The notes beneath the pieces are model-generated. The model was given only the letters and a program-made list of their open reading frames with translations, did no database searches and had not been told where the DNA came from. 64,000 nt of DNA. It comes from Escherichia coli. Its GTDB lineage: Bacteria > Pseudomonadota > Gammaproteobacteria > Enterobacterales > Enterobacteriaceae. The stretch is from the NCBI RefSeq assembly GCF_029227855.1, contig NZ_CP074356.1. One strand, 5' to 3'. Positions 35,402 to 45,270 of the stretch are shown one piece after another. The position numbers and the translations under genes are program-made. Position 1 is the first letter of the stretch, and every line of letters begins with the position of its first letter.

Positions 35402-36316
35402 ATGATTTCTGCGGCGACACTTAATTCAGAACTCATTAATAAAATCGCGCAGGATTTTGCGCAGGCGACCAGCCTTGCGGTTGTCGTGGTCAATATTCAC
35501 GGCGATGAAATTTCCGAGCTGTTTAACTTCACTCCATTTTGTCAGATGATGCGGCAACACCCTCAGCTAAGCACTCGATGTCGCATGAGCGATCGTTGTG
35601 GGGGCCTGGAAGCCTCTAAATCCGATCAGCCTTGTATTTATCGCTGTCATGCCGGATTAACCGATTTCTCTATTCCACTGGTAATCGCCGGGCATTTAGT
35701 CGGTTTTGTATTGTGCGGGCAAGTTCGTCTGCGTAATGATGATGTCGATTTGGTCGATATTCTGAATGTCGATGATTGCTGGCAGGCAGATCCCGAATTA
35801 CTTAATGAATTCCGCAAAGTTCCTGAGATGGATTACTCAAGAGTTATGGCCTCTGCTGATTTGTTGAAGTTGATTGTGGAAAATTGCCTCAAAAAACAAC
35901 TCAATTTTGTGGTTATTAAAGAGAACAAATTTCAGTCAGATTCGGTGCGCCAGACTCGTGCGCCTAATCCCCACGACAATAAAATGAAAAAAGCTTTACG
36001 CTATATTGATGCGCATTTATCAGACGATTTGCGTCTGGAAGATGTCGCCTCGCACGTTTATCTAAGTCCTTATTATTTCAGTAAGTTATTCAAGAAATAC
36101 CATGGAATCGGTTTTAATGCGTGGGTAAACCAACAACGGATGGCCAGCGCTCGTGAGTTACTGTGCCATAGTGACTGGAGCATCGCCAGTATTGCGCGTA
36201 ATTTAGGTTTTTCGCAAACCAGTTATTTTTGCAAAGTTTTCCGTCAGACTTATCAGGTTACGCCGCAGGTGTATCGACAGCAAGTGAGTGAAAATGCGGT
36301 GATGGAAACGGTATAG
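35402..36316 (+). CDS. pocR: AraC-family activator of pdu/cob, PocR
   Basis: 304-aa ORF with an N-terminal PocR sensory domain and a C-terminal AraC HTH (YFSKLFKKYHGIGFNAW...SQTSYFCKVFRQ). Confidence 0.92.
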   Translation: MISAATLNSELINKIAQDFAQATSLAVVVVNIHGDEISELFNFTPFCQMMRQHPQLSTRCRMSDRCGGLEASKSDQPCIYRCHAGLTDFSIPLVIAGHLVGFVLCGQVRLRNDDVDLVDILNVDDCWQADPELLNEFRKVPEMDYSRVMASADLLKLIVENCLKKQLNFVVIKENKFQSDSVRQTRAPNPHDNKMKKALRYIDAHLSDDLRLEDVASHVYLSPYYFSKLFKKYHGIGFNAWVNQQRMASARELLCHSDWSIASIARNLGFSQTSYFCKVFRQTYQVTPQVYRQQVSENAVMETV

Positions 36317-36424
36317 AGTAAATGCCCCAAAAAAAGAGGACGGTTTAAATAAACTCTGCAATGAATAATTAACGTTATTTACCTGTTATGGGAAAAGTGA
36401 AATCAGCTCATAACATACGCTGAC

Positions 36425-36600
36425 AGGTGTGGCACATTTGTGCCTGGGAAGAGGGTGAAAATCCCTCGCAGCCCCCGCTGCTGTAATGCTGACAAACCCG
36501 AAAATGCCACTGATCGCGAGATTGGGAAGGTCGGGAGAGGATGACGCTAAGCCAGAAGACCAGCCAGTCAGTCAATACCAACAACTTCGGTGGGAAGTGG
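36425..36600 (+). promoter_or_regulatory. Cobalamin (AdoCbl) riboswitch of the former cob/cbi operon leader
   Basis: Conserved core strings GGGAAGAGGGTGAAAATCCCTCGCAGCCCCCGCTGCTGTAA, GCCACTG...GGGAAGG and a B12 box AAGCCAGAAGACCAGCC (36549-36565). Confidence 0.8.
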
Positions 36601-36800
36601 GTTGCCCGGAAGCGTCCGGTAGAGTACCGGCGCGTCTTTATACCCCTACCACCCTGAAAGGATCAGGGTATGGCGGCATCATTTAGTTCTTTCATCGCAG
36701 TGCCGACAGGCACCAGGGCTGCACTTAAGGTGTGGCAATCTTGTTTCATGGCTCATCAACCAGACCGCCATTACAGGAAACTAAGTGGAGGGCGAGAGGC

Positions 36801-37238
36801 ATGAAAACGATAAAACCCGAATCGATAGCTCTTTTTTGCCTCTTATCTGGAGATGTGGATCTGGCGAAACATTTGGCTGAAATATTGCCAATAACTTGTT
36901 TTGTTGGTGAGGACTGGCAGCAAGATTTCCAGCCTCTTGACGGTGGGCCTGTGCAATCGTTATCAGATGTGTATGGCGATTATTCAGTGCTGCTATTGAT
37001 AGCAGCTGAAAGCGAGATATCCGTACCAGAATGGCTCGCTCATTCTGAAGGAACGACGGTAATTGTGATTGCAGAACACAATACCCGTTTGCTGACTGGT
37101 CCGGCTGGTGGGGCTGTAGCATTGATCCATTATCTGAATGAAATCTGTCATTCCAGAGAAACCGCTGTCAATGACGCATTTTGTCGTACGTTAACACGAG
37201 GAAGTCTGGCTATTCCGCAATGCCATCTTCTTTCGTAA
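36801..37238 (+). CDS. Hypothetical 145-aa protein; possible diverged relic of a cbi gene (CbiG N-terminal-like?)
   Basis: An ATG with an SD (ggagggcgagaggcATG) sits where Salmonella carries cbiA-cbiP. The strings SIALFCLLSGDVDLAKHLAEILP and GPAGGAVALIHYL are reminiscent, from memory only, of the CbiG N-terminal domain. Confidence 0.35.
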   Translation: MKTIKPESIALFCLLSGDVDLAKHLAEILPITCFVGEDWQQDFQPLDGGPVQSLSDVYGDYSVLLLIAAESEISVPEWLAHSEGTTVIVIAEHNTRLLTGPAGGAVALIHYLNEICHSRETAVNDAFCRTLTRGSLAIPQCHLLS

Positions 37239-37371
37239 TGGATTGAGAATGCTGGATTTTTAATTATATTACGCGCAGTATTAATCGCGTAAATGTTTTG
37301 CGGTCAGCAACGGTGGGGGATCCATTGTTCTGTTCAATGAATACCATCATACAATTGAATCAGGAGTCGGT

Positions 37372-37917
37372 ATGATGATTTTGGTGACAGGTGGAGCACG
37401 GAGCGGGAAGAGTCGCCACGCAGAGGCGCTTATTGGGGACTCTTCACAGGTTCTGTATATCGCCACCTCGCAAATCCTTGATGATGAGATGGCTGCACGG
37501 ATAGAACATCATCGGCAAGGCCGCCCGGCGCACTGGCGCACGGTGGAGCGCTGGCAACATCTTGATGAATTAATTCATGCAGACATTAACCCGCATGAAG
37601 CTGTGTTGCTGGAATGCGTTACAACAATGGTGACTAATCTGTTGTTTGATTATGGCGGCGATAAAGACCCTGATGAATGGGATTATCAGGCGATGGAACA
37701 GGCGATTAATGCTGAGATTCAGTCGTTGATTGCTGCCTGCCAACGTTGCCCCGCGAAGATTGTATTAGTGACTAACGAAGTGGGAATGGGGATTGTGCCG
37801 GAGAGTCGTCTGGCACGACATTTTCGTGATATTGCCGGGCGGGTAAATCAGCAGCTGGCCGCTGCGGCAAATGAAGTGTGGCTGGTGGTTTCGGGTATTG
37901 GAGTAAAAATCAAATGA
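37372..37917 (+). CDS. cobU: Adenosylcobinamide kinase / adenosylcobinamide-phosphate guanylyltransferase
   Basis: 181-aa ORF with a P-loop ([10 protein letters not shown]). Confidence 0.95.
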   Translation: MMILVTGGARSGKSRHAEALIGDSSQVLYIATSQILDDEMAARIEHHRQGRPAHWRTVERWQHLDELIHADINPHEAVLLECVTTMVTNLLFDYGGDKDPDEWDYQAMEQAINAEIQSLIAACQRCPAKIVLVTNEVGMGIVPESRLARHFRDIAGRVNQQLAAAANEVWLVVSGIGVKIK

Positions 37918-38657
37918 GTAAATTATTTTGGGCGATGCTCTCTTTTATTACGCGTCTGCCTGTGCCGCGTCGCTGGTCCCAGGGACTGGATTTCGAGCAT
38001 TATTCTCGCGGTATTATTACTTTTCCTTTAATTGGTTTATTGCTTGGCGCGATTAGCGGGCTGGTCTTCATGGCGTTGCAGGCATGGTTTGGCGTACCAC
38101 TGGCGGCACTGTTTAGCGTGCTGGTGCTGGCGCTGATGACCGGGGGATTCCACCTGGACGGCCTCGCCGATACCTGTGATGGCGTATTTTCTGCACGTAG
38201 CCGCGATCGCATGTTGGAAATCATGCGTGATAGCCGTTTAGGCACCCACGGCGGTCTGGCATTGATTTTTGTTGTACTGGCAAAGATTCTGGTGTTAAGC
38301 GAGCTGGCTTTGCGTGGCGAACCGATCCTTGCATCGCTGGCGGCAGCATGCGCGGTCAGCCGCGGGACTGCCGCATTATTGATGTATCGTCATCGTTATG
38401 CCCGGGAAGAAGGACTTGGCAATGTGTTCATTGGCAAAATTGATGGGCGACAAACCTGCGTCACACTCGGCTTAGCCGCTATTTTTGCTGCCGTATTATT
38501 GCCGGGTATGCATGGTGTGGCTGCTATGGTGGTGACGATGGTGGCGATTTTCATCCTCGGTCAGCTTCTCAAACGTACGCTGGGCGGGCAAACCGGCGAT
38601 ACGCTGGGAGCAGCCATAGAGCTTGGTGAACTGGTCTTCCTGCTGGCACTGCTATAA
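37914..38657 (+). CDS. cobS: Cobalamin 5'-phosphate synthase
   Basis: The Met at [18 protein letters not shown] gives a 247-aa membrane protein. ATGA overlap with cobU. Confidence 0.94.
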   Translation: MSKLFWAMLSFITRLPVPRRWSQGLDFEHYSRGIITFPLIGLLLGAISGLVFMALQAWFGVPLAALFSVLVLALMTGGFHLDGLADTCDGVFSARSRDRMLEIMRDSRLGTHGGLALIFVVLAKILVLSELALRGEPILASLAAACAVSRGTAALLMYRHRYAREEGLGNVFIGKIDGRQTCVTLGLAAIFAAVLLPGMHGVAAMVVTMVAIFILGQLLKRTLGGQTGDTLGAAIELGELVFLLALL

Positions 38658-38668
38658 AGAGACGTGAC

Positions 38669-39748
38669 ATGCAAATACTTGCCGATTTACTGAATACGAT
38701 CCCAGCCATCGATCCTACCGCTATGTCGCGTGCACAACGGCATATTGACGGGTTACTCAAACCTGTTGGTAGCCTGGGAAAGCTGGAGGCGCTTGCCATA
38801 CAACTGGCGGGAATGCCGGGGTTGAATGGCATACCGCATGTGGGCAAAAAAGCGGTACTGGTTATGTGTGCCGATCACGGCGTCTGGGAGGAAGGGGTCG
38901 CTATTTCCCCAAAAGAAGTGACAGCCATTCAGGCTGAAAATATGACCCGCGGAACAACCGGCCTGTGTGTGCTGGCAGCACAAGCGGGCGCTAACGTCCA
39001 CGTAATTGATGTTGGTATTGATACTGCTGAGCCTATCCCCGGGCTTATCAACATGCGTGTCGCACGAGGTAGCGGCAATATTGCTTCAGCTCCGGCAATG
39101 AGTCGCCGTCAGGCTGAAAAGTTGTTTTTGGACGTCATATGTTATACGCGGGAGCTGGCAAAAAACGGTGTCACGCTGTTTGGTGTAGGTGAACTGGGGA
39201 TGGCAAACACGACACCGGCAGCGGCAATAGTCAGCACAATCACTGGCCGGGATCCTGAAGAAGTGGTTGGGATTGGCGCAAACCTGCCGACAGATAAACT
39301 GGCTAATAAAATTGATGTTGTGCGTCGGGCGATTACGTTGAATCAACCAAATCCTCAGGATGGTGTTGATGTCCTGGCAAAAGTGGGTGGATTTGATTTG
39401 GTCGGAATAGCTGGAGTGATGTTAGGTGCTGCTTCCTGCGGTTTACCCGTGTTGCTGGATGGATTTCTTTCTTATGCTGCTGCGCTCGCAGCCTGCCAGA
39501 TGTCTCCTGCAATCAAACCGTATCTCATTCCTTCTCACTTGTCGGCAGAAAAAGGCGCGCGTATAGCGCTGTCGCATTTGGGGCTGGAGCCTTATCTCAA
39601 TATGGATATGCGTTTAGGTGAGGGGAGTGGTGCAGCTCTGGCGATGCCCATCATCGAAGCTGCTTGTGCGATATACAACAACATGGGCGAACTTGCTGCC
39701 AGTAATATTGTTCTACCGGGGAATACGACTTCTGATTTGAACAGTTAA
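38669..39748 (+). CDS. cobT: Nicotinate-nucleotide:dimethylbenzimidazole phosphoribosyltransferase
   Basis: 359-aa ORF ([40 protein letters not shown]...). Confidence 0.95.
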   Translation: MQILADLLNTIPAIDPTAMSRAQRHIDGLLKPVGSLGKLEALAIQLAGMPGLNGIPHVGKKAVLVMCADHGVWEEGVAISPKEVTAIQAENMTRGTTGLCVLAAQAGANVHVIDVGIDTAEPIPGLINMRVARGSGNIASAPAMSRRQAEKLFLDVICYTRELAKNGVTLFGVGELGMANTTPAAAIVSTITGRDPEEVVGIGANLPTDKLANKIDVVRRAITLNQPNPQDGVDVLAKVGGFDLVGIAGVMLGAASCGLPVLLDGFLSYAAALAACQMSPAIKPYLIPSHLSAEKGARIALSHLGLEPYLNMDMRLGEGSGAALAMPIIEAACAIYNNMGELAASNIVLPGNTTSDLNS

Positions 39749-39812
39749 AAACGAAAAGTCTGATAAAAGCTATACTTAACCGATAGCTTTCGCGACTTAG
39801 GAAAGGGACATG

Positions 39813-40745
39813 ATGCGTCGTGTAAATATTTTTTGCTCATTTGCTCTACTTTTTGCCAGCCATAATAGCCTGGCGGTAACTTATCCATTACCTCCAGAGG
39901 GTAGCCGTTTAGTGGGACAGTCGCTTACTGTAACTGTTCCTGATCACAATACCCAGCCGCTGGAGACTTTTGCCGCACAATACGGGCAAGGGTTAAGTAA
40001 CATGCTGGAAGCGAATCCGGGCGCTGATATTTTCTTGCCGAAGTCAGGCTCGCAACTCACCATTCCGCAGCAACTGATTTTGCCCGCCACTATTCGTAAA
40101 GGGATTGTGGTTAACGTCGCTGAGATGCGTCTTTATTACTACCCACCAGACAGTAATTCTGTGGAAGTCTTTCCTATTGGTATCGGCCAGGCTGGGCGAG
40201 AAACCCCGCGTAACTGGGTGACTACCGTTGAACGTAAACAAGAAGCACCAACCTGGACGCCAACGCCGAACACCCGGCGCGAATATGCGAAACGAGGGGA
40301 GAGTTTGCCCGCATTTGTTCCTGCGGGGCCTGATAATCCCATGGGGCTGTATGCGATTTATATTGGCAGGCTATATGCCATCCACGGTACCAATGCCAAT
40401 TTTGGTATTGGGCTCCGGGTAAGTCAGGGCTGTATTCGTCTGCGCAATGACGATATCAAATATCTGTTTGATAATGTTCCTGTAGGTACTCGTGTACAAA
40501 TTATTGATCAGCCAGTGAAATACACAACGGAACCGGATGGATCAAAGTGGCTGGAAGTTCATGAGCCGCTGTCGCGCAATCGTGCTGAATATGAGTCTGA
40601 CCGAAAAGTGCCATTGCCGGTAACCCCATCTTTGCGGGCGTTTATCAACGGGCAAGAAGTTGATGTGAATCGCGCAAATGCTGCGTTGCAACGTCGATCG
40701 GGAATGCCTGTGCAAATTAGTTCTGGTTCAAGACAGATGTTTTAA
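39813..40745 (+). CDS. ldtA: L,D-transpeptidase (Braun lipoprotein attachment), ErfK/LdtA
   Basis: Signal peptide, a YkuD domain with HGT...SQGCIRL, 310 aa from the second Met. Confidence 0.93.
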   Translation: MRRVNIFCSFALLFASHNSLAVTYPLPPEGSRLVGQSLTVTVPDHNTQPLETFAAQYGQGLSNMLEANPGADIFLPKSGSQLTIPQQLILPATIRKGIVVNVAEMRLYYYPPDSNSVEVFPIGIGQAGRETPRNWVTTVERKQEAPTWTPTPNTRREYAKRGESLPAFVPAGPDNPMGLYAIYIGRLYAIHGTNANFGIGLRVSQGCIRLRNDDIKYLFDNVPVGTRVQIIDQPVKYTTEPDGSKWLEVHEPLSRNRAEYESDRKVPLPVTPSLRAFINGQEVDVNRANAALQRRSGMPVQISSGSRQMF

Positions 40746-40770
40746 GAGCGTTGGTAATTAGAAAGCAAAA

Positions 40771-40795
40771 AGCCTGCTTGAAAGCAGGCTTTTTT
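40771..40795. terminator. Bidirectional terminator shared by ldtA and asnV
   Basis: agcctgctt-ga-aagcaggct flanked by an A5 run (left) and a T5 run (right). Confidence 0.7.
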
Positions 40796-40800
40796 GAATT

Positions 40801-40876
40801 TGGCTCCTCTGACTGGACTCGAACCAGTGACATACGGATTAACAGTCCGCCGTTCTACCGACTGAACTACAGAGGA
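40801..40876 (-). tRNA. asnV: tRNA-Asn (anticodon GUU)
   Basis: The reverse complement is TCCTCTGTAGTTCAGTCGGTAGAACGGCGGACTGTTAATCCGTATGTCACTGGTTCGAGTCCAGTCAGAGGAGCCA, 76 nt, with an encoded CCA. Confidence 0.98.
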
Positions 40877-40894
40877 ATCGTGTGAACGGGGCGC

Positions 40895-40923
40895 ATATTA
40901 ATGGCAGTACATGGTGATGTCAA
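40895..40923 (-). promoter_or_regulatory. asnV sigma70 promoter
   Basis: The minus strand has TTGACA, a 17-nt spacer and TAATAT, followed by a GC-rich discriminator (gcgcccc). Confidence 0.7.
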
Positions 40924-40997
40924 AGGGTGAAATGCATTTTTTTGTTTGTTTGCTGTCAATTTCAACAAAGTGGTGAGCTTTCAATCTTATTGGGCAA

Positions 40998-41014
40998 TGA
41001 ACCATCGTGGTGCA
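40998..41014. promoter_or_regulatory. Candidate NtrC binding site upstream of nac
   Basis: TGAACCATCGTGGTGCA matches the consensus TGCACCA-N3-TGGTGCA at 13/14 specified positions, about 120 bp upstream of the sigma54 promoter. Confidence 0.5.
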
Positions 41015-41131
41015 TACCCTCCTTTTATGGGGCAGGGGAACGCGACTGCTGATAAAAAGAACCTATGACGAATCTATCATAATCTCTTATTTGACAGTTG
41101 GTTAGCTTGTACATCAACGCCAAAATAAAAC

Positions 41132-41147
41132 TGGCAAGCATCTTGCA
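41132..41147 (+). promoter_or_regulatory. sigma54 (-24/-12) promoter of nac
   Basis: TGGCAAGCATCTTGCA fits TGGCAC-N5-TTGCA. nac is a known NtrC/sigma54 target. Confidence 0.75.
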
Positions 41148-41202
41148 GTCTGGTTGTAAGTAATGGCGGCACTTGGGCCGATTCTTAAAAACCGGAGGCA
41201 AC

Positions 41203-42120
41203 ATGAACTTCAGACGCCTGAAATACTTCGTAAAAATTGTAGATATTGGTAGCCTGACCCAAGCTGCTGAAGTATTGCATATCGCACAACCAGCGCTCAG
41301 TCAGCAGGTTGCCACACTGGAAGGTGAGTTAAATCAACAACTTTTGATTCGCACAAAACGGGGCGTTACGCCAACTGACGCCGGAAAAATTCTCTATACC
41401 CATGCGCGGGCCATTTTACGTCAGTGTGAGCAGGCCCAACTGGCGGTGCATAACGTTGGTCAGGCATTATCGGGGCAAGTCTCGATTGGCTTTGCGCCAG
41501 GAACCGCTGCGTCATCCATCACCATGCCCTTATTACAGGCGGTTCGCGCTGAATTCCCGGAGGTCGTTATCTATCTTCATGAAAATAGCGGTGCAGTGCT
41601 TAACGAAAAACTGATAAATCACCAACTCGATATGGCGGTGATTTATGAGCATTCCCCTGTGGCTGGTGTATCCAGTCAGGCTTTACTGAAAGAAGATCTT
41701 TTTCTGGTAGGAACCCAAGATTGCCCGGGGCAAAGCGTTGATGTTAATGCTATTGCGCAAATGAACCTCTTTCTCCCAAGTGATTACAGTGCTATTAGAC
41801 TTCGTGTTGATGAGGCTTTTTCCCTACGGCGACTCACGGCAAAAGTCATTGGTGAAATTGAGTCTATTGCCACGCTTACCGCAGCGATTGCCAGCGGCAT
41901 GGGCGTTGCAGTATTACCCGAATCGGCCGCGCGTTCGTTATGTGGCGCAGTAAATGGTTGGATGTCACGCATTACCACTCCTTCCATGAGTCTCTCTTTG
42001 TCATTAAATTTACCCGCCAGAGCGAACTTATCGCCACAGGCACAGGCAGTGAAAGAGTTGTTAATGTCAGTGATGAGTTCTCCAGTGATGGAAAAAAGGC
42101 AGTGGCAATTGGTGAGCTAA
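41203..42120 (+). CDS. nac: Nitrogen assimilation control protein (LysR family)
   Basis: The Met at MNFRRLKYFVKIVDIGSLTQAAEVLHIAQPALSQQV gives 305 aa. Confidence 0.94.
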   Translation: MNFRRLKYFVKIVDIGSLTQAAEVLHIAQPALSQQVATLEGELNQQLLIRTKRGVTPTDAGKILYTHARAILRQCEQAQLAVHNVGQALSGQVSIGFAPGTAASSITMPLLQAVRAEFPEVVIYLHENSGAVLNEKLINHQLDMAVIYEHSPVAGVSSQALLKEDLFLVGTQDCPGQSVDVNAIAQMNLFLPSDYSAIRLRVDEAFSLRRLTAKVIGEIESIATLTAAIASGMGVAVLPESAARSLCGAVNGWMSRITTPSMSLSLSLNLPARANLSPQAQAVKELLMSVMSSPVMEKRQWQLVS

Positions 42121-42221
42121 GCGTTATATCGGGATGGAATAAGATGCGGGTTTTTATTATTTGTTATGCCGGGCATTAGACTTTAACAATAACGGGATAT
42201 CTGAACTGCCCGGAGTTTACC

Positions 42222-43172
42222 GTGAATTTCCAACAACTAAAGATAATCCGCGAGGCTGCACGTCAGGATTACAACCTGACAGAGGTTGCGAATATGCTTT
42301 TTACCTCACAGTCAGGCGTCAGCCGTCACATTCGGGAACTGGAGGATGAACTTGGCATCGAAATATTTGTTCGACGAGGTAAGCGACTGCTGGGCATGAC
42401 TGAACCGGGCAAAGCATTACTGGTCATTGCAGAACGCATTCTTAATGAAGCCAGTAATGTTCGTCGGCTTGCAGACCTGTTTACCAACGATACGTCTGGC
42501 GTTCTCACTATTGCAACGACGCATACTCAGGCACGTTATAGCTTGCCTGAGGTCATTAAAGCTTTTCGCGAACTTTTCCCGGAGGTTCGGCTGGAGCTAA
42601 TCCAGGGTACACCACAGGAAATTGCGACGTTGTTGCAAAATGGCGAAGCTGATATTGGTATCGCCAGCGAGCGTTTGAGTAATGACCCGCAGCTCGTCGC
42701 CTTCCCGTGGTTTCGTTGGCACCATAGTTTGCTTGTTCCACTCGATCATCCCTTGACGCAAATTACACCGTTGACGCTGGAATCAATAGCGAAGTGGCCG
42801 TTAATTACTTACCGACAGGGGATTACGGGGCGCTCACGTATTGATGACGCATTTGTCCGCAAAGGTTTGCTGGCAGATATTGTATTAAGTGCGCAGGATT
42901 CTGATGTCATTAAAACCTATGTTGCTCTTGGGCTGGGGATCGGATTAGTTGCCGAACAATCCAGTGGTGAACAAGAGGAAAAGAATTTAATCCGTCTGGA
43001 TACGAGGCATCTTTTCGATGCTAATACTGTCTGGTTGGGACTGAAGCGAGGGCAACTTCAACGTAACTATGTCTGGCGCTTTCTGGAACTTTGTAATGCA
43101 GGACTGTCAGTTGAGGATATCAAGCGCCAGGTGATGGAGAATAGTGAAGAGGAAATTGATTATCAGATATAG
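42222..43172 (+). CDS. cbl: CysB-like LysR regulator Cbl (sulfonate-sulfur utilisation)
   Basis: 316-aa ORF with a GTG start (NFQQLKIIREAARQDYNLTEVANMLFTSQSGVSRHIRELE...). Confidence 0.93.
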   Translation: MNFQQLKIIREAARQDYNLTEVANMLFTSQSGVSRHIRELEDELGIEIFVRRGKRLLGMTEPGKALLVIAERILNEASNVRRLADLFTNDTSGVLTIATTHTQARYSLPEVIKAFRELFPEVRLELIQGTPQEIATLLQNGEADIGIASERLSNDPQLVAFPWFRWHHSLLVPLDHPLTQITPLTLESIAKWPLITYRQGITGRSRIDDAFVRKGLLADIVLSAQDSDVIKTYVALGLGIGLVAEQSSGEQEEKNLIRLDTRHLFDANTVWLGLKRGQLQRNYVWRFLELCNAGLSVEDIKRQVMENSEEEIDYQI

Positions 43173-43175
43173 CAA

Positions 43176-43200
43176 AAAGCCCGCTATAAAAGCGGGCTTT
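43176..43200. terminator. Bidirectional terminator shared by cbl and asnU
   Basis: aaagcccgct-ataaa-agcgggcttt, perfect 10-bp arms. Confidence 0.65.
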
Positions 43201-43209
43201 TCAGAAATT

Positions 43210-43285
43210 TGGCTCCTCTGACTGGACTCGAACCAGTGACATACGGATTAACAGTCCGCCGTTCTACCGACTGAACTACAGAGGA
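43210..43285 (-). tRNA. asnU: tRNA-Asn (anticodon GUU)
   Basis: 76 nt identical to asnV. Confidence 0.98.
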
Positions 43286-43301
43286 ATCGCTGTTGAGGCA
43301 C

Positions 43302-43329
43302 ATCTTAACGGCGAAAAATCTTTTGTCAA
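43302..43329 (-). promoter_or_regulatory. asnU sigma70 promoter
   Basis: The minus strand has TTGACA, a 16-nt spacer and TAAGAT. Confidence 0.6.
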
Positions 43330-43445
43330 ACCCGATTTTTAAATTTCCCAACTGTTTGCCGTTTCTATCAACAGTTTGTTGCATTTGCAGACAATTTGTT
43401 GGCGAAAATCTTTGCAGCTTTGCTGATTCTCCCTCATTATTTGAA

Positions 43446-44933
43446 ATGTGGTTTCACTTTCTGCAATTAAGGTCGGCTTTGAATATCTCCTCTGCTTTAC
43501 GCCAGGTTGTTCACGGCACTCGCTGGCACGCTAAACGCAAGAGCTACAAAGTGTTGTTCTGGCGCGAGATAACCCCGCTTGCTGTTCCTATCTTCATGGA
43601 GAACGCCTGTGTCCTGTTGATGGGTGTCCTGAGCACTTTTCTGGTCAGCTGGCTGGGAAAAGATGCGATGGCCGGCGTGGGATTGGCGGACAGCTTCAAT
43701 ATGGTCATTATGGCATTTTTTGCGGCTATCGATCTTGGTACCACTGTCGTTGTGGCATTTAGTCTCGGTAAGCGGGATCGACGACGAGCGAGGGTGGCGA
43801 CGCGGCAGTCATTGGTGATCATGACGTTGTTTGCCGTGCTGTTGGCAACGCTTATTCATCATTTTGGCGAACAAATTATTGATTTCGTTGCGGGTGATGC
43901 CACGACAGAAGTTAAAGCACTGGCGTTGACTTATCTGGAGCTGACGGTACTTAGTTATCCAGCAGCTGCCATCACTTTGATTGGTAGCGGGGCACTTCGT
44001 GGTGCAGGGAATACGAAAATACCGCTACTGATTAACGGTAGCCTGAATATTCTTAATATTATTATTAGCGGCATATTGATTTACGGCCTTTTCTCCTGGC
44101 CGGGACTGGGATTTGTCGGGGCTGGGTTGGGGTTAACCATTTCTCGTTATATTGGCGCAGTTGCAATTTTGTGGGTGCTGGCGATTGGTTTTAATCCTGC
44201 GCTAAGGATTTCGTTAAAGAGCTATTTTAAACCGCTGAATTTTAGCATTATCTGGGAAGTCATGGGGATTGGTATTCCAGCAAGTGTCGAATCAGTATTA
44301 TTTACCAGTGGTCGGTTATTAACCCAAATGTTCGTTGCCGGGATGGGGACCAGTGTTATTGCCGGAAATTTTATCGCGTTTTCAATTGCGGCTCTTATCA
44401 ACTTACCCGGAAGTGCGCTCGGCTCTGCTTCTACGATCATTACAGGCCGAAGGTTGGGAGTAGGGCAGATAGCGCAAGCAGAGATTCAGTTGCGGCATGT
44501 GTTCTGGCTGTCCACTCTTGGATTAACGGCCATCGCCTGGCTAACGGCTCCCTTTGCCGGGGTTATGGCATCGTTTTACACCCAGGATCCACAGGTTAAA
44601 CATGTCGTTGTGATTCTGATTTGGCTAAATGCTTTATTTATGCCTATTTGGTCTGCCTCATGGGTGCTACCCGCTGGATTTAAGGGTGCTCGCGATGCAC
44701 GTTACGCCATGTGGGTTTCTATGTTGAGCATGTGGGGTTGCCGGGTTGTAGTCGGTTATGTGCTGGGAATCATGCTTGGCTGGGGTGTGGTTGGTGTCTG
44801 GATGGGAATGTTTGCCGACTGGGCTGTGCGGGCCGTGCTGTTTTACTGGCGAATGGTTACTGGACGTTGGCTGTGGAAATATCCTCGATCTGAGCCGCAA
44901 AAGTGTGAAAAAAAGCCAATTGTGTCGGAATAA
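43446..44933 (+). CDS. yeeO: MATE-family efflux transporter YeeO
   Basis: The Met at MWFHFLQLRSALNISS gives 495 aa and 12 TM helices. The 546-aa track ORF would start inside the asnU promoter, so the shorter start is preferred. Confidence 0.88.
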   Translation: MWFHFLQLRSALNISSALRQVVHGTRWHAKRKSYKVLFWREITPLAVPIFMENACVLLMGVLSTFLVSWLGKDAMAGVGLADSFNMVIMAFFAAIDLGTTVVVAFSLGKRDRRRARVATRQSLVIMTLFAVLLATLIHHFGEQIIDFVAGDATTEVKALALTYLELTVLSYPAAAITLIGSGALRGAGNTKIPLLINGSLNILNIIISGILIYGLFSWPGLGFVGAGLGLTISRYIGAVAILWVLAIGFNPALRISLKSYFKPLNFSIIWEVMGIGIPASVESVLFTSGRLLTQMFVAGMGTSVIAGNFIAFSIAALINLPGSALGSASTIITGRRLGVGQIAQAEIQLRHVFWLSTLGLTAIAWLTAPFAGVMASFYTQDPQVKHVVVILIWLNALFMPIWSASWVLPAGFKGARDARYAMWVSMLSMWGCRVVVGYVLGIMLGWGVVGVWMGMFADWAVRAVLFYWRMVTGRWLWKYPRSEPQKCEKKPIVSE

Positions 44934-44986
44934 ACGACAAAGTGCAGATTATTTCAGCAAACGATTTCAAATTTAAAAAACAGGCT

Positions 44987-45015
44987 TTGACATTGTGGAT
45001 GGGCATCGCTAATAT
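44987..45015 (+). promoter_or_regulatory. asnW sigma70 promoter
   Basis: TTGACA (44987-92), a 17-nt spacer and TAATAT (45010-15), then a GC-rich discriminator. Confidence 0.75.
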
Positions 45016-45033
45016 TCGCCTCGTTCTCACGAT

Positions 45034-45109
45034 TCCTCTGTAGTTCAGTCGGTAGAACGGCGGACTGTTAATCCGTATGTCACTGGTTCGAGTCCAGTCA
45101 GAGGAGCCA
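45034..45109 (+). tRNA. asnW: tRNA-Asn (anticodon GUU); integration target of the island
   Basis: 76 nt identical to asnV/asnU. Its 3' 16 nt form part of the island direct repeat. Confidence 0.98.
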
Positions 45110-45113
45110 AATT
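45094..45113 (+). repeat. attL direct repeat (tRNA 3' end)
   Basis: CCAGTCAGAGGAGCCAAATT. Confidence 0.9.
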
Positions 45114-45270
45114 CAAGTTTTCATGCTTATCTGTACGTCTCTATTTGTTTACGATTCAGTAAGTTAGCGTGAAAATCCTTCCCGGTGCGTATCTGGTTTT
45201 CTCTCTGTATCGGGATAATTTGGTGGTCAGATCTGGGGTCAGTTTGGTTCGATTCTGGAGTGACCCCCAA

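Noticed and set aside
36486-36686. 66-aa ORF downstream of pocR
   Set aside because: It overlaps the conserved core and B12 box of the cobalamin riboswitch, so the sequence is better explained as structured RNA.
43293-43445. 51-codon N-terminal extension of yeeO, and similar 5' extensions of amn, sbcB, hisG, yeeX, cobS, pduU, pduF, nac and yeeY in the ORF track
   Set aside because: The extensions run into promoters, terminators or tRNA flanks. Internal Met codons reproduce the known protein N termini and give coupled or SD-preceded starts.
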